Below, one piece after another: positions 1 to 13,926 of a stretch of DNA of 64,000 nucleotides. Source of the DNA: the human T2T-CHM13v2.0 reference genome, Homo sapiens. The position numbers and the translations under genes were made by a program. The first letter of the stretch is position 1, and every line of letters begins with the position of its first letter. The DNA lies in assembly GCF_009914755.1 (NCBI RefSeq), contig NC_060929.1. The stretch is one strand, 5' to 3'. The notes beneath the pieces are model-generated. The model saw nothing but the letters and a program-made list of their open reading frames with translations. It was not told where the DNA came from and ran no database searches.

Positions 1-129
1 GAGGCTGAGGCAGAAGAATAGCTTGAACCCGGGAGGTGGAGGTTGTGGTGAGCCAAGATCATGCCATTGCACTCCAGCCTGGGCAACAAGAGTGAAACTC
101 CATCTCAAAAAAAAAAAAAAACAAAAAAA
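1..129 (+). mobile_element. Alu right arm (truncated by window edge) with A tail
   Basis: GAGGCTGAGGCAGAAGAATAGCTTGAACCCGGGAGG...CACTCCAGCCTGGGCAACAAGAGTGAAACTCCATCTC followed by poly-A. Confidence 0.95.
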
Positions 130-399
130 TCAATAGAATATTTAGAAGCAAGATTTTATTGTGCCATCAATATTCAGTATTTCCCTATCCTAATGAAAAC
201 CAAAAGTTATAGCAAAGTCCCTAAGAACTATATTACTTCGATTTTAGCTAGAGAACTGAAGCAAAAAAACTGTGATTATAGAATGATTTTTTTAAAAATC
301 CATTAAAAACACTTAGCTAATCAGTTGTTATAAATGCTACTGTAAGATGCTGTCATTAGGAGAACTTTTAGAGGAAATGAAGTTATTAGGAATTCCACG

Positions 400-472
400 A
401 TCTGTAAAACAGAGGAGTTGGACTGGAAGATTCTCCAAATTCCTTCAGTACTAACATTCTAAAATCCTATAA
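400..472 (+). mobile_element. MIR3-like 3' fragment
   Basis: ATCTGTAAAACAGAGGAGTTGGACT...TTCCTTCAGTACTAACATTCTA resembles the MIR3 tail. Confidence 0.55.
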
Positions 473-2518
473 CTCTACAGCTTGAAATGTAATTACTGTG
501 TGAAAATTTACAAGCTAGGTTTTCTGCTTAAATGTGATTCTTTAGTTGCCCTCATGCTGTGACTTGTAAAATTATCATCTCAATCACAGTATATTTGGCC
601 AAGAGCCTTATTTTTCCACTCCTGATAAATAACCAGAGGTGAGAGAATAGAAGGTTTTTTGTTTGTTTTAAACTCTTCAGTAGTTTTGAAATACAATTCA
701 TTTGTTATTTTTGTTCATCCTTGTTTCACTAAATTTATAGAAACAATTTTGAGATTTTCATCATTAATATACAAAACTTTTGTTTAAAAAATGTGATTAC
801 ATTTTGACCCAAGAAATATTCCAGTTTCCGAAAGTCTGGAGGTTCAGCTGCAATCAGCAAGTCATGGTTTGGTTTGAGGGAACATCTTTATGCACCTGAG
901 AAGCATCATCAGCCTGGCTCTACTAAAAGGAACAGGTGTGCAGCCTCAGAGAAGCAGCAACAAGTCCTCTCATTCAGCCCCTCCCCCGAGACACCAACAG
1001 GGATGCTGCTGGTCCTTTATGGGAACTGCAATCACAGCCTTCGACCCGGGAAAGCAGCATGTTTCCCATGAAGACACAACTGGAGTCACTTCTGACTCAG
1101 CACCTGAAAGATGTTGTTTTCCTGAAGTGTATCTTTTCATTAATCTTCTTTATTATGTATTATTAATAATAGGAGTTTAATATAAACGATGCTGTGTTTC
1201 ATAGCATGACAGCTTTGGATTAGGTAATGTTATCTTGTTACTAATGGTTACTGCTGCTTAGTTTCTCTTAAATAGCAAAATGATGATATTCAAATGTTCC
1301 ATTTTAGGTTCCGTGTTTATCTGTTTTCAACTAAGTCAACATAGTATTGATAATTCTAGAATTTTACTATAAACATACTTGTTCATACATCATCTATATG
1401 TCTCTAGCTGTAATCCCAACAGACAATAGATTGTGCAAGTCATAGTGCATATAACTTTCATTCAATTCTCTGAGCCTTTTTTTTTAAATTTTTTTTTAAA
1501 CTACTGTCTTTGCAGGAGACTGAGCTTCAATTCTCTGAGGGGAAACCAAAAAAAGGAGAGAAGAAAAGGAACTATTATCTGCTCAGCAGTAAACTATGTT
1601 CTGGGAAGATATACCTTAGGAGGGAGAGAGAATCATAAACATACATAAAAACTAATAAACACCTACTTCTCTAAAGCAGATGTAACAATAAATAGTATTT
1701 GGAGTTTACTAATTGGTCCTTGGCCACTCCAAGAAAATAGTGGTCACACAGTGCTTTTATTTCACATAAACCAAGAATTAGCAGCTAATGTAATAGTCAA
1801 AATCTCTTTGCTCAAGAAATTAGAAGATGATTATTTATTCTACTGAGGATATTTAACAATGAGGATTTATCTTTAATAAAATTTGTTGGGGAGGATTGGA
1901 AATCTGTTGTTTTCAGTTGTGCAACAAAGATCTACAAGAATTTGCCCCTTGGTACATTATAATCAAAATTTTCACGCAAAAATGTCTCTATATTATCTAC
2001 AAGGAAGACTCTAGGACCAAAATTAAGGTTTGAGATCATCTAAAGTTTTCCTTTACTAAAGTGGGTTATTTCTCTGTTCAAAAATATAATGCCTTCTACA
2101 GAGTGCCTAATATTCTTTCTTATTTTTTGAAAAACACTGTCAAGTCCAAATTTGGTTCTGGCACACAGAGTTTTATGTGTTCTCTCCCTGGTACCCTGCT
2201 TGTAGAGAAATCTTGCGGGGCTTAGGGCAATCCCAAGAGTGTAGCTTATACCAAAAGACCACACTCCTGGACCAGGAAGACCCTTCAACCTGGGCTCTTA
2301 CCCGTGGGGGAGGTGACACAAAGCATGCTCGTCCCTAGAGTTTTCTACTCTGATCTGAGAATTTATAAACCACTTGACAAATTCCCCATTCAATATGTAT
2401 TCCCAGAATTTAGACTGAAGCCTCAGGACAAAGAACTCTAGAAACATCATTGAACTAATTAGCATTGATTTAGTTCTCCTTATATTACATGTCCAGCATT
2501 ATGCTAGATACTGTAGAT

Positions 2519-2646
2519 GAGAGAGGGAAAGGAAAAAAGGGAGGGAGGAAGAAAGGAAGGAAGGAAGAAGGGAGGGAAGGAAGAAGGGAGGGAGGGAAGG
2601 AGGGAGAGAAGGAGGGAGAGAAGAAGGGAGAGAAGAAGGGAAAAAG
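2519..2646. repeat. Purine-only GA/GGAA low-complexity tract
   Basis: About 125 nt containing only G and A. Confidence 0.95.
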
Positions 2647-2656
2647 ACATATGATA

Positions 2657-3283
2657 TTATGGTAGGCAGAATATTGGCTGCCAAAGATGTCCACATTCTA
2701 TCTCTATAACCTCCAAATATGTTACCTTACATGGTAAAAGAGACTTTGCTAATATAATTAAGGTTGCAGACCTTAAAATAGGATGATTATCCTGGATTAT
2801 CCAGTTGTGCCCACCTAATCACACTTGGGCCTTTAAAAACATAGAACCTCCCTTCAGCTGCAGCAAGGAGAAAGGCCACAGAAAGGGGAATGCAGCGTTT
2901 CAAAGTGTGTAAACGAGTCAGTGTCCTTCTGTGGGTTTGGAGATGGAGGGGCAATATAACTGGCAGTGCAGATGGCCTTAAAGAGCTGAGAGAGGCTCCT
3001 GGCTGACAGCCAGTAAGGAAATGGGGCCCTCGGCCTTGTGACCGCAAGGAACTGAATTCTGCCAACAACCTGAATGAATTTAGAAGTGGATTAACTGCCA
3101 GAGCCTCCAGAAAGGAATGCAGCCCTGCTGACATTCTGATTTCTACCTTGTAAGGCTCTAAACAGAGGACCAGTATGGTGACCTGGACTTCTAATCTGCA
3201 GATTTATGAGATAAAGTATGGGTGTTGTCTTTATTGCTAAATTTGTGGTAATTGGTTATGGTTAAGAAGAGAAAACTGATACA
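2657..3283 (+). mobile_element. MaLR solo LTR (MLT1D-like)
   Basis: TGGTAGGCAGAAT...AAAGATGTCCAC...ATGTTACCTTACATGG...GATTATCCTGGATTATCC through AAATTTGTGGTAATTGGTTATG...AAACTGATACA. Confidence 0.85.
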
Positions 3284-3399
3284 AATAATAAATGTCCCTG
3301 GCTGCAAAGATTCTAATGGGGGAAAAAGTGAGTAAATGCTCTTATGATGTGAGGAGAAATTTTCCTGAAGAATCACAGTAATAGTTTGATTTTGTTGTT

Positions 3400-3533
3400 T
3401 TCTGTTTTTTTCTTTAAGAGATGGCGTTTTGCTATGTTGCTCAGGCTGGCTTCTAACTCCTGGGCTCAAGCAGTCCTTCTGCCTTAGCCCCGAAAGTAGC
3501 TGGGAGTACGGATGCACGCCACCATACCAGGCT
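3400..3533 (-). mobile_element. FLAM/Alu monomer
   Basis: T-rich tail then GAGATGG...GCTATGTTGCTCAGGCTGG...AACTCCTGGGCTCAAGC...CGCCACCATACCAGGC. Confidence 0.85.
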
Positions 3534-4089
3534 TAAACTTCAATTCTTTCAAGTATCACAGAGATATTACCATTTAGAACAATTCCTTAAGTTTCTTTCT
3601 ATACCAATCCTCATTTTAAGGGCATTTTATGGGATACTCCAAAATGACCAAATCTTTAGGGAGCAGTGTGAAGTGAGTGCCTGGCAATCTCCCTGTGACT
3701 TGTGGGCTGCCCTAGGGTAGCAGGAGGCAGCTGATTACCACATATAAATACTTGTCAAAGCTGAGCACATGATCCTAATGCAGAATCTTGCTAAGAATGC
3801 AAACTGCCTTTTGCTTCCTTGAGAAAGTTTGCAACACAGCAGCCCTACTCATATTCTGTGTGCCTGCCAATTACTTTTATACATGCGGTCTTCCTTTCAA
3901 TTCTCGGGAATATGCATTAGAGCAGGATTATTTTTAATAATCCAGAGAGTATATTTAGAGCATAATTTTTTTATTCATTAATAATGATTAAGATACATCT
4001 TACAGGTGGCAGAAGAAGGGTAGACGAGGGCTTTGTAAAATATGCTTTGAAAATTTGATGCGAAGAAAATATTCCAAAATATTCTCTCA

Positions 4090-5310
4090 ATTATCAACAG
4101 AGGGAGAAGACAAACAACAATTTGGGGGAAAATACTTGTGACTCCTATCACAAAGAAAGAACTTAATTTCTTCCATTTAAAAAGTATTCTTCTAAATCAA
4201 TAAAAGACCAAGAACCTAATAAGGGGTGAAGGATATTAAAAGATAGATCACAATAAAGGAATGATAAGTGCTTTTGCACTTATGAAAATATTCACTATCA
4301 CTTATAATAAGAGACTTTCAAATTAAAACTATAAAAAACCATAAAAATGTAATTTATAACTACTGGATTAACAAGTTTAAAACATTTGATGATTTACTGT
4401 CAGTAAGTATGAGGTGAATAGCCTCAAACCCTGCCAGGAGCAGTATGTACCAGTTGAAACACTTTGGAGAGCAATTTGGTCATATAGACTCACATTAAAA
4501 ATAAGCATATCCTTGGGTCAAGTAAATTCATGTCATAATTTTTCCTCTAGATAAACTTGTATATGTGCAAGATAATTTATGTCAAGGGGTATTATTTGGA
4601 GCATATTTTGTTCCAAGCAAATGTTTGAAAATAACTTTCATCTTTATTAAGAGTGGGCTAGTTTAAATACATGATGGGAATACTAATGTAATGCTATGCA
4701 GCTGTTAAAAAGAATGATCAAAATTGGAACATCTATTTTGGAAAACTGTTTAGCAATGTTCACTAAAGCTAAACATACACCTACCTATTGCATGACCCCA
4801 GCTGCTCCTAGGTGTATGAGAAATAAATGCATATATCCACCAAAAGACATGCGCAAGTCTGTTCATTGCAGATTTTTTCAAAATAGCCCTTAACTGGAAA
4901 CATTCCATATGTCCATCAACAAGAGAATGAATAAATAGTCGTCGATTCATACAATGGAATAATAGACAACAACAAAAAGAATAAGCTGATGGAAACATCA
5001 GTTTACACTACAACATGGAAAATCACTCTGACATGTTGAAGGAAAGAAGGAAGATACAAATGTGGTTTCATTTATGTGAAGCTCCAAAACAGGCAAAACT
5101 AACTGTAGTGATAGAAGTTAGACTAGAGATTTGCCCTGGGGCATGGAAGACCATTCTAAAGTGATGGAAATATTCTATATCATGATCTGAATGGTGTTTA
5201 CAAAGGTATATAAATATATAAAATTGGTCATGTGTTACCTTATGATATACTTAAGATTGGTGCACTATATACACTTTCTAATTTAGGTTATACCTCAATG
5301 AAAAAGTAAA
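4090..5310 (+). mobile_element. Ancient L1M (ORF2 end / 3' UTR) fragments
   Basis: Typical L1M 3' motifs: CACTTTGGAGAGCAATTTGG, TGTCCATCAACAAGAGAATGAATAAA, AAAACAGGCAAAACTAA. Confidence 0.8.
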
Positions 5311-5329
5311 GAAGGAAAAATAAGAAAAA

Positions 5330-5412
5330 GGATGAGGAGGAGGAGGAGGAGGAAGGAGGTGGAGGAGGAGGAGGAAGGAGGTGGAGGAGGAGGAGGAGGA
5401 AGAAGAGGAGAG
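5330..5412. repeat. (GGA)n microsatellite with interruptions
   Basis: GAGGAGGAGGAAGGAGGTGGAGG... units. Confidence 0.9.
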
Positions 5413-5676
5413 CAGCTATATATGTACCCATATAAATAATCTCCAAGCTAGATTGTTAAGTGAAAGTATTTCTCAACTAGAGTTCCTCATTTGAACCACA
5501 GCTCACAGAACCATTATTTGTAACTATTTCCTCAATTCTTCTATGGATGGTACATAATTAATATCATTCCTGATGCCTAGAAGAAAAGCCAATTTATTAC
5601 ATACAATGGATGACTTAGAGTATGAGAATTTAATTCTCGCAAGGAACTCTCACTGAGAATGTTTATGTTTGCTACA

Positions 5677-5722
5677 GTGTGTGGTGTGGGTGTGTGTGTG
5701 AGTGTGTGTGTGTGTGTGTGTG
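5677..5722. repeat. (TG)n microsatellite
   Basis: Direct reading. Confidence 0.9.
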
Positions 5723-6619
5723 TTTTAAGTACGTATTTATTATGAGAATCTAACAGTAGTTGTCTCTGGAGAGGAAACCGGGTAGCTCACTTTTCAGTGT
5801 GTGACCTATGTTACAATTTAAATTGTGTACTGCGTGCATGTAAAAACACACAAATTTCTCCCTAAATGATACATTGGGAATGTTAGAGAGGTGAGACATC
5901 TAGGAGTAAATACGACAATGCTTCAGTGTAGTTGCACATTAACCATTATGTGTATATTTGTGGTATTCAGTAACAAGAGTGTTTTGAGCTCAATTTTTAA
6001 GTCCAAAATGCTGTTTATGTAACTTTGAGTGATCTAAGGAAGAAAAAGCAACGTTTTTGAGGGCATGGTGCATAGTTTAAGACTGGCAAAGTTCTAGAAA
6101 TTATAGGTGTGGAGAAAACAAGGGAAATGTATCACAGTTATACTTTGTATAACTAAAGTATGGCCAGGTCCCAATTGTATTCTCCTAGTAGGTCCCATCA
6201 CTTTCCCCATCTAGTCCAATTGTGCTCTGATTGCCTGTGTGATGGCTCACATGAAATAGGTTGCTGATTGAGATAAATAGGGTATGGGAGGTCCAGGAAT
6301 TTCATTGTTTTGCTGGTAATTTGAAATGTTAAACAGCAAAATATCAAAACAACTTCTCTGTTTTGCCTGTACGTAGAACAAGCTAAAGAAAGCCCAAGAA
6401 ACTGATACCTGGTGGCAGAAATCATAGGATTTAGTACAGAACAATTTAATGCATACACACAGGCACACATCAGAAGTGGGAGTGGTCTTGTCAAGCAGAG
6501 GCAAGTTGCTTGCCAATCTCCAGCCAGCACATCAAACTCTTCATATGCTAAGAGAATTGCCCTAGAATATCCAGATACATTTGTAATAATGCAGATAACA
6601 AAAATTACTGCTACAAGTG

Positions 6620-6810
6620 GTCTGAGATTTATTGACAACATCAATGCACGTGCCAAGTGCTTTATATGCATCATAGTGTTAAATCTCCACAACATCCCAT
6701 TGAGGTAAATAATGTTGTCATCCTCACTACGAGTGAGGAAACAGAGGCTCACTGGGTTTAAGTAGTGTGCTTAACAGTTAGTGAGTGTGGGGCCTACTTC
6801 TTGTCCTCTA
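6620..6810 (-). mobile_element. MIR
   Basis: GTGCCAAGTGCTTTATATGCATCAT...CACAACATCCCATTGAGGTA...GAGGAAACAGAGGCTCA core. Confidence 0.75.
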
Positions 6811-9117
6811 AACCATGTCCTTTTTGTCTATTTCATGGCCAATTGTCAGTAGTATGAATTCCTTATATAAAGAGTTATACATGAAGCTTTACATGGAGTC
6901 AAAGTCCTTATTTAATTGTGATGTAGGCTTTTCCCACACTCCATTACATTTCTTAATTTGCTAATGTATTTCACTCCATTTCTTGGAATGGGCACATATT
7001 TTTCAGTATTGCTTTACAAGTTTGTTTGTGTTTGTTTGTTTGGCTGTGAGGCCCTAAAAAGCAGAGATTTCTTCAGAAAGTTGACAAACAGCATATTCTT
7101 TAACATCTTGCAAAGCTCTCCTATGAAGCCCCCTCAAATAAAATTCACTATACAGAGGTTACTACATGTAAAATATCTTCAGAGATACTTCAACAGCATA
7201 CGATGATTTTTTAAGCAAGTTCTTTGGTTACCAAGGATAAGAAGTTCACCATGACATTTCATTCAGTACTAAAGTATGTTTTATTTTTTTAATGGTCCTC
7301 GAATATCATAGAAGAACATCTTGTAGCAACCTTTACGTTGCAATCATACTTTATTGAAACTCCTTGATATATGAGTCTTCCCTACTTACAACATATATAC
7401 CCAAAAAAGAGTACATAAACTTATTTGAAAATTTATTTGAAATATATGAAAAGAAATTAAAATACATTCCTATTTTTCTTTCTCCCATCCCATGTAGAAT
7501 AATTTCTGTTCACTTGGCTACAAACTAGCTGATGCATTAAGATAAGCTTATTGCTGTGTTGTTGGGCTATCTCAGCAAGCCAGAAAGCAAGGGGTGCATC
7601 CAGACCTCCTAAGGGGTTGGAAGCAGGAACTAGATGGCTTTCTGGAACTTCACTTCTTTTCCCAGCTCTAGACGCCAGTGTGCATCCTGTCACACAGCTC
7701 TGCACCTGCTTTGTGCTTCTGTCTCTGCCGGGAGGTTTGCTCTGCTCTGCTCAGACTATTTTAGCTACTGTCTGTTAGTCTTAGCTCATTGCCCCAGGAA
7801 AACAATCTAATTGGATTAGTTACCATGATTCATTTAGCCATAAACAGGTATGTGATGTCACATGTGCCCTCCCATTCACTGGAGCTATGAGAACCAGGAG
7901 GAGAGGCTTAGGTCAAACTCTCCAAGAAAGGGGGTAAGGGCAGTAGTGAGGACATGACTGTGGAGAAACAAGTGGGAATTTGTATTATGGCTTGCCCGTG
8001 AGAACCAATATTCTTCCAGAATCTGGCTAGAGACTATTCAGAGAGTATATCTTTCATATTTAGATGTTTCTATAAAGGCTTCTCCTGGGTCAATCCATTT
8101 CTGAAAGTTTATAGGACTTAACAGTAGGCTTTGGAAAGGCAACTCAATCAGATGCTGAATTGTACAGTATGAGAGAGGACAAGAACATAGCTTACCTATT
8201 AAATGGGTACTTGAGGGCTCTCTCTTGATTAAATTGTGATTTTTTATTTTTTTTATTTTTGCCTCAGAAGTTCTGTTCTTAGGCATATTCATAATGTCTG
8301 AGGCTGAGGCTTTCCCTGAATGCTTTGGAAATCAGAGATGGAAAACTTAAGTGGATAGTGCTGGCCGTGATCCAATGCACGCTAGTGCAATGCAGAGGGG
8401 GAAATTGTCATTTTAAACCACAACTGAACAGAGCAACTTCTGCCTTCCCGTGGAGAACACGGGGGTGGGAATGGGGCATAATTTATTTAATTGGAGGAAT
8501 AAATCTCTTCACTGTTCCTTTCTCTTGCAGAAAGAGATGGAGTAGGAAGCAAGAGTGACCCTCAGATTTAGATGGCATTTGGTTTAGCAGAATACATTAG
8601 TGGGACTTTGGATTTAAAAAGAGTCTATGCACTGAGTATGGTGTATGGAGATTTAGCAGAGCTAAACTGAATTATTTTGCATAAGAAAATGAAAGGTATT
8701 TAAAGTTTTTGCTACTGTGAGAGAAGAGGCAGATAAGAAAATAGAGGGAAACAGGGAGAGAGGAAAGCTCTGGAACACAGGAAAGAGTCATAGAGCTTTT
8801 TAAATTAGGGGTTTTCAATATTCTAAGTTATTTGGCTACAATGTAAATCCCACTCATTGCTGCAAACATCAGTCAAGTCAGTGTAACCGACTTGAAGGAG
8901 TATTTTTATTTGCTAGTATATGTTTGGTGGGGAGTGTATTTCATTGTGTATGTAAATCATGGAAGGAGACTGGATTTCAAATCTTGTTTTGAGTGGTAGA
9001 GAATAGGGAAATAATATGAAGCACAGTTAGACAATTCACTAATGAAACTAACAGAAAAAGCAGGAGCTAATAGTCATAGGTGATTTGGAAATCTTTTAAA
9101 TCCTCACTATTGCTTTT

Positions 9118-9993
9118 TGCAGCAATTTCTACATTGCAAAGAAGGCCACGCCAATATATAACCCCTATCCCATATGCTCTTTTTCCAATGTGAAGTTGAC
9201 ACATTGCCATCAAGAAATAGAGTCTATGTTCCTTCCCACATTTTTTTTAACGTTTATTTTAAGTTCAGGGGTATATGTGCAGGTTTGTAATGTAGGTAAA
9301 CTTGTGTCATAGGGGTTTGTTATATAGATTATTTCATTTTTAACAAACAACATCTTTTCTTAAAAAACTTTAAGTTCAAGGGTTTTTTATATAGGTCAAC
9401 TTGTGTCATAGGGGTTTGTGGTATAGATTATTTTGCCATCCAGGTATTAAGCCTAGTACTCATTGGTTACTTTTCCTGATCCTCTGCCTCCTCCCACCCT
9501 CCACTTCTGATAGGCCCCAGTGTCTGTTTGAACCTTGTAGATCTTTGTAAGAGCCTTGACCAATAGAATGGGGTATAAGTGAGGCTGCATGGTTTCTGAG
9601 GCTCGGTCAAAAAGGTAACATGGCTTCTGTCTGGCTCTTTCTTGCTTCCTCTCACGATGCCTGCTCTTCGAACAGTGCCACCCCTACGTGAGGAAGTCCA
9701 TGCAACATGGAAAGGCCACGTGTTTGTATTCTGACCAGCAGCCCCAGATGGGCACCCAGCCAGCATTAACCACTAAAAATGTGGGCAAGCAAAAGCCTTC
9801 TGACGATTCTAGTTCCCAGTCTTGGAGTTTTGCAGCTGAGAGCCCATACATCAGGCAGCACAGGCAGGCCATCTCTACTGTATCCTGACTGAATTCCTGA
9901 CTCAAGACAAACTGTGGGAAATGGTAAATAATTATTGCTTTAAGCCTCCACAGTTTAGGATAATTTGTTATGCTACATTAAATAAATAATACA
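9118..9993 (+). mobile_element. MaLR solo LTR (MLT1F/G/H-like) interrupted by L1 pieces
   Basis: CCATCAAGAAATAGAGTCTATGTTCC | CTTGACCAATAGAATG...TGAATTCCTGAC...GCTTTAAGCC...ATTTGTTATGC...AATACA. Confidence 0.75.
9241..9528 (-). mobile_element. L1PA (older subfamily) 3' end, present as two overlapping copies
   Basis: TTTAAGTTCAGGGGTATATGTGCAGGTTTG...AACTTGTGTCATAGGGGTTTG occurs twice, then CCCACCCTCCAC...GGCCCCAGTGTCTGTT. Confidence 0.85.
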
Positions 9994-10259
9994 TCCTCAC
10001 TTCCAGGATCTTTGGAAAAAATAACAACTTTGTGATGAAATTTGGACTAATTCTATTTAAAGCTTAAAGACTTGGGTCATATCTGTTTTCATGGCACTTT
10101 TTAGATTTCAAGTACTATTCTTTGTACTTCAAGGGTTCTTTAGCCTGAAAGACAAAGGCTATCGGGGCCAAGGGGAGGTGGGGAAGAAATTGGTTCATCT
10201 TTCAGGAATAAAAAGTCAAACTTCAAGGATAGCCAATGAGAAAACAAGTGGCTTGACAC

Positions 10260-10500
10260 ACTGATTCAGCTATTTACTAACCATGTGATTAAAAATTTAC
10301 TCTGGTTTTTGCCTCAGTTTCTTCATTTGTAAAATGAGGCTAATTATGTTTATAATGATAAGGATTTACAGAGAAAATGTATGTAAAGTGTTTAGCTTTG
10401 TGTCTGGTACAAAATAAACATTCTAGAAATGTCATTAATAATATGCTTAGCATAGCACCTAATACTAGCTAATGGCTTAATAAATGGTAGCTGTGATTAT
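10260..10500 (+). mobile_element. MIR
   Basis: GCCTCAGTTTCTTCATTTGTAAAATGAGG core. Confidence 0.75.
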
Positions 10501-11078
10501 TGTAGTACTCCAAATATTTACTGTAACATATTAACCTGTATCACTAAATTCCACGTTCTCATTTCCCTGGCTAATCCACATGTTCCTGGAATATCCACAT
10601 GTAGAGTACAAAAAGTTCTGCAGTATATGGAACTGGCAGCTTATCAGTGTGACTAATAAATTCATCATAAAATTGAACCCATTCAAAATGTCCTAACCTA
10701 AAGCACTTTGTTAGTTATCCGCCTTAAAAGGCATTGATTCATCTCTGCATGTGTTGGAGTATAAATGGCAAGCCTCAGAGATGTGATCATATATTCTGCC
10801 AAACTTGGAACAAATTCATAACTTGGAGAATCTGTGTTTCAAATTAGACTCTTACATTTTGGGTATTTAATTTCATTTATACTTAACTATAGGAAACGTT
10901 TGACTCTTCTGTGAAATAGAGCTGAAAATAGATTCTCTGGGCATCTGATAGTTCTAAATTAACTCTAAATATAATATTTTGATGAGTAAAACAGAGAAAA
11001 ACCAGAAATTTCCCATAAAATACACAATAAGTAGAAAACTCAAGTAAGTGGGTATAGAACAACAAAGAACCACATGGC

Positions 11079-11380
<302 letters not shown>

Positions 11381-11819
11381 CCACACGACATTTTTTAGCA
11401 GACTTTTTTCAGGCTCTGGGTGAACTCATGGTAAGAATGTTTCATTGTTCCACAGTATCAGAAAGAAGCAACCCTCCAGACTATAGGTGACACTCTCAAC
11501 AGACTTATCAACTACATAGTCACAGTATCTCTCCTTAAAATCCCTATGCAGATTCTTGTCATGAGAAAAGGAGCAAAGGAGCAGGGATCATGTACTAACT
11601 CCCTGAGGTAATTTGTGTTGTGTATAAATTCCTGCTTTAGCAGATTTTGTAACTTGAAATTTTGATTTCCTTAAATGGTTAAAAATCTTCCTAAGATTAC
11701 CTCGTATATTCTATATGTTGGGGAAAAGACACACTAGGAGATTATTTGGCTCAAGTATTCAATTCAAATTGTCAGTTATGCTTAACTTTATCACCCAGGT
11801 GGACTGCAACGAAATGAAA

Positions 11820-12090
11820 GTTAGTTAAGATATCTGTGGGGAACAACTTTGCATTATTTCTGATCTCAAGGAGGAAACAATCAGCCTTCCAACATTTAAG
11901 CATGATATCAACTGTAGTTGTTTCATTTTGTTCTGTTTTATTGATGTCCCTTCTCCATCTGAGGAAGTTTCCTACTATTCCTAGTTTGGTGAACATGTTT
12001 TAGCTTGAATGAGTGATGAATTTTGTCAGGCATACAAACGTCTACTAACGTAATCATGTGGTTTTTCTCCTTCATTCTATTAATATAACC
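11820..12090 (-). mobile_element. L1M ORF2 fragment
   Basis: TGAGGAAGTTTCCTACTATTCCTAGTTTG...ATCATGTGGTTTTTCTCCTT antisense L1 motif. Confidence 0.7.
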
Positions 12091-13608
12091 TCCTGAGAAA
12101 TTTGCCAATTTTGTTTTGTAAATATCTGTCTGCCTTTAGATAGAGACTCTGTCTTACTCACCTTTTATCCCTAAACCTGGCGTGTTTAAATGAATGAATA
12201 ATGAGTGTTAAATGAATGAATAAATGACCCTATGCATATAGAAAATCTGTGGCCTTATATTTCTGTTTACTAATTATAAGACCTTCCTACACAAGTAGTG
12301 ATAACCTCAGTAATCTGCATGACAAACATAAGTTTGGGATAAGACTTTAAAAAATTTTGCTTTTCATTTAATCACATAAAGTTCAGTTGATATATATGTG
12401 GGGTAGAGGGGGTGGACAGTTCAGCAAGAAGAGGACTCTGCTCCACAAATAATCTGGGAATTCAAGCTGATAGAAGGTTTGCTATTTTCTACTTGGGGCT
12501 TTTGATGTTATCCTCAGCAAGAAAATATAGCTAAGCAATGGACTTACAGGAGGTATAAAGGATATTGGATTTTTTTTTAAGGCTAGGCCCATAGGTGGTA
12601 TGTTTAGTTTTGTCCATATTTTACTGGCCAGAATTCTGTGGGTATGCCTGTGTAGATGCAAGGAAAGCTGGGAATGTAGTCCTAACTGGGCAGCTCTTTT
12701 CCTGTAGAAATACAGTAAAGAAAAGAAGCATGAATCTTTGGTGGGCAGCTAGTTATCTTTGCCTCATATGGGGGAAAAAGAAGCAATATTTATTAGGAAC
12801 TCATTTAAGGTCAGGAAGTGGGCTACATGTATGCTACACTTTCTTTGATTTGTTATAATGCACGTTTCTCAAACTATGTCCAGCAGAGCATTACTGTTTT
12901 GCACTATTGATAGTTTTTGAGAAGTAGGTTAGCATGGCCAAAGATGTTGAAGAAATATTATTTCAAACATATTTTAACAAGTTTATTTTTCTTCGGGACT
13001 TCTCAACGTCCTTAGTATATTAATATGCATTTTTGACTCTCCAAGAATGAACAGAATGTAAGGCATTTCCAAACCTTATTTGGCTGCAAATTACCTAGAG
13101 CACTATAGGACTCAGTTTGAGAGATTTTAGGAATATGGATATTTAAAAACAGCATTTAATTAAAAAGTTATACTTTTCAAGGTTCCCAATCATCACTCAT
13201 TTCACTTATTTTTATAAAGAAAGTATGATGATTCTATCTGGGAAAGAAATTACTTTCTACAAAGTCAGGCTGGGTGTGCTTGAGCAGGGGGGAGCTGCTC
13301 TAGCCAAGGGAAGGCTTATGTTCCCAGGGCTCCTGTGGTGCCATCCTTAGGCCTGGAGTTATAGAGTCATTGACTATCTTGCCTAGGGAGAACATTAAAG
13401 ATGTGTATGAACTGCAGCCCAGAATCTATATCCTGTTTTGCCTGGAGAGAAAGAAGAGGAAGTCTTCCAAGCGCCAATCCATCACTAGCAACCCTGTTTC
13501 ATTTCTTCCTTTAGCATAGATTCTTTGGACCACAAAATATCCATCATGCTTTCTTCATTAAGGGAAGCATGGCTTTGTTAAACGTAGAGATATTCTACTC
13601 AGACATGA

Positions 13609-13926
<318 letters not shown>

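Noticed and set aside
6377-6500. Possible + strand exon with a GC donor (AG|GCAAGT)
   Set aside because: The acceptor is reasonable but the donor is non-canonical and there is no other support.
6198-6752. 184-aa hydrophobic ORF
   Set aside because: Begins inside a MIR; no family resemblance.
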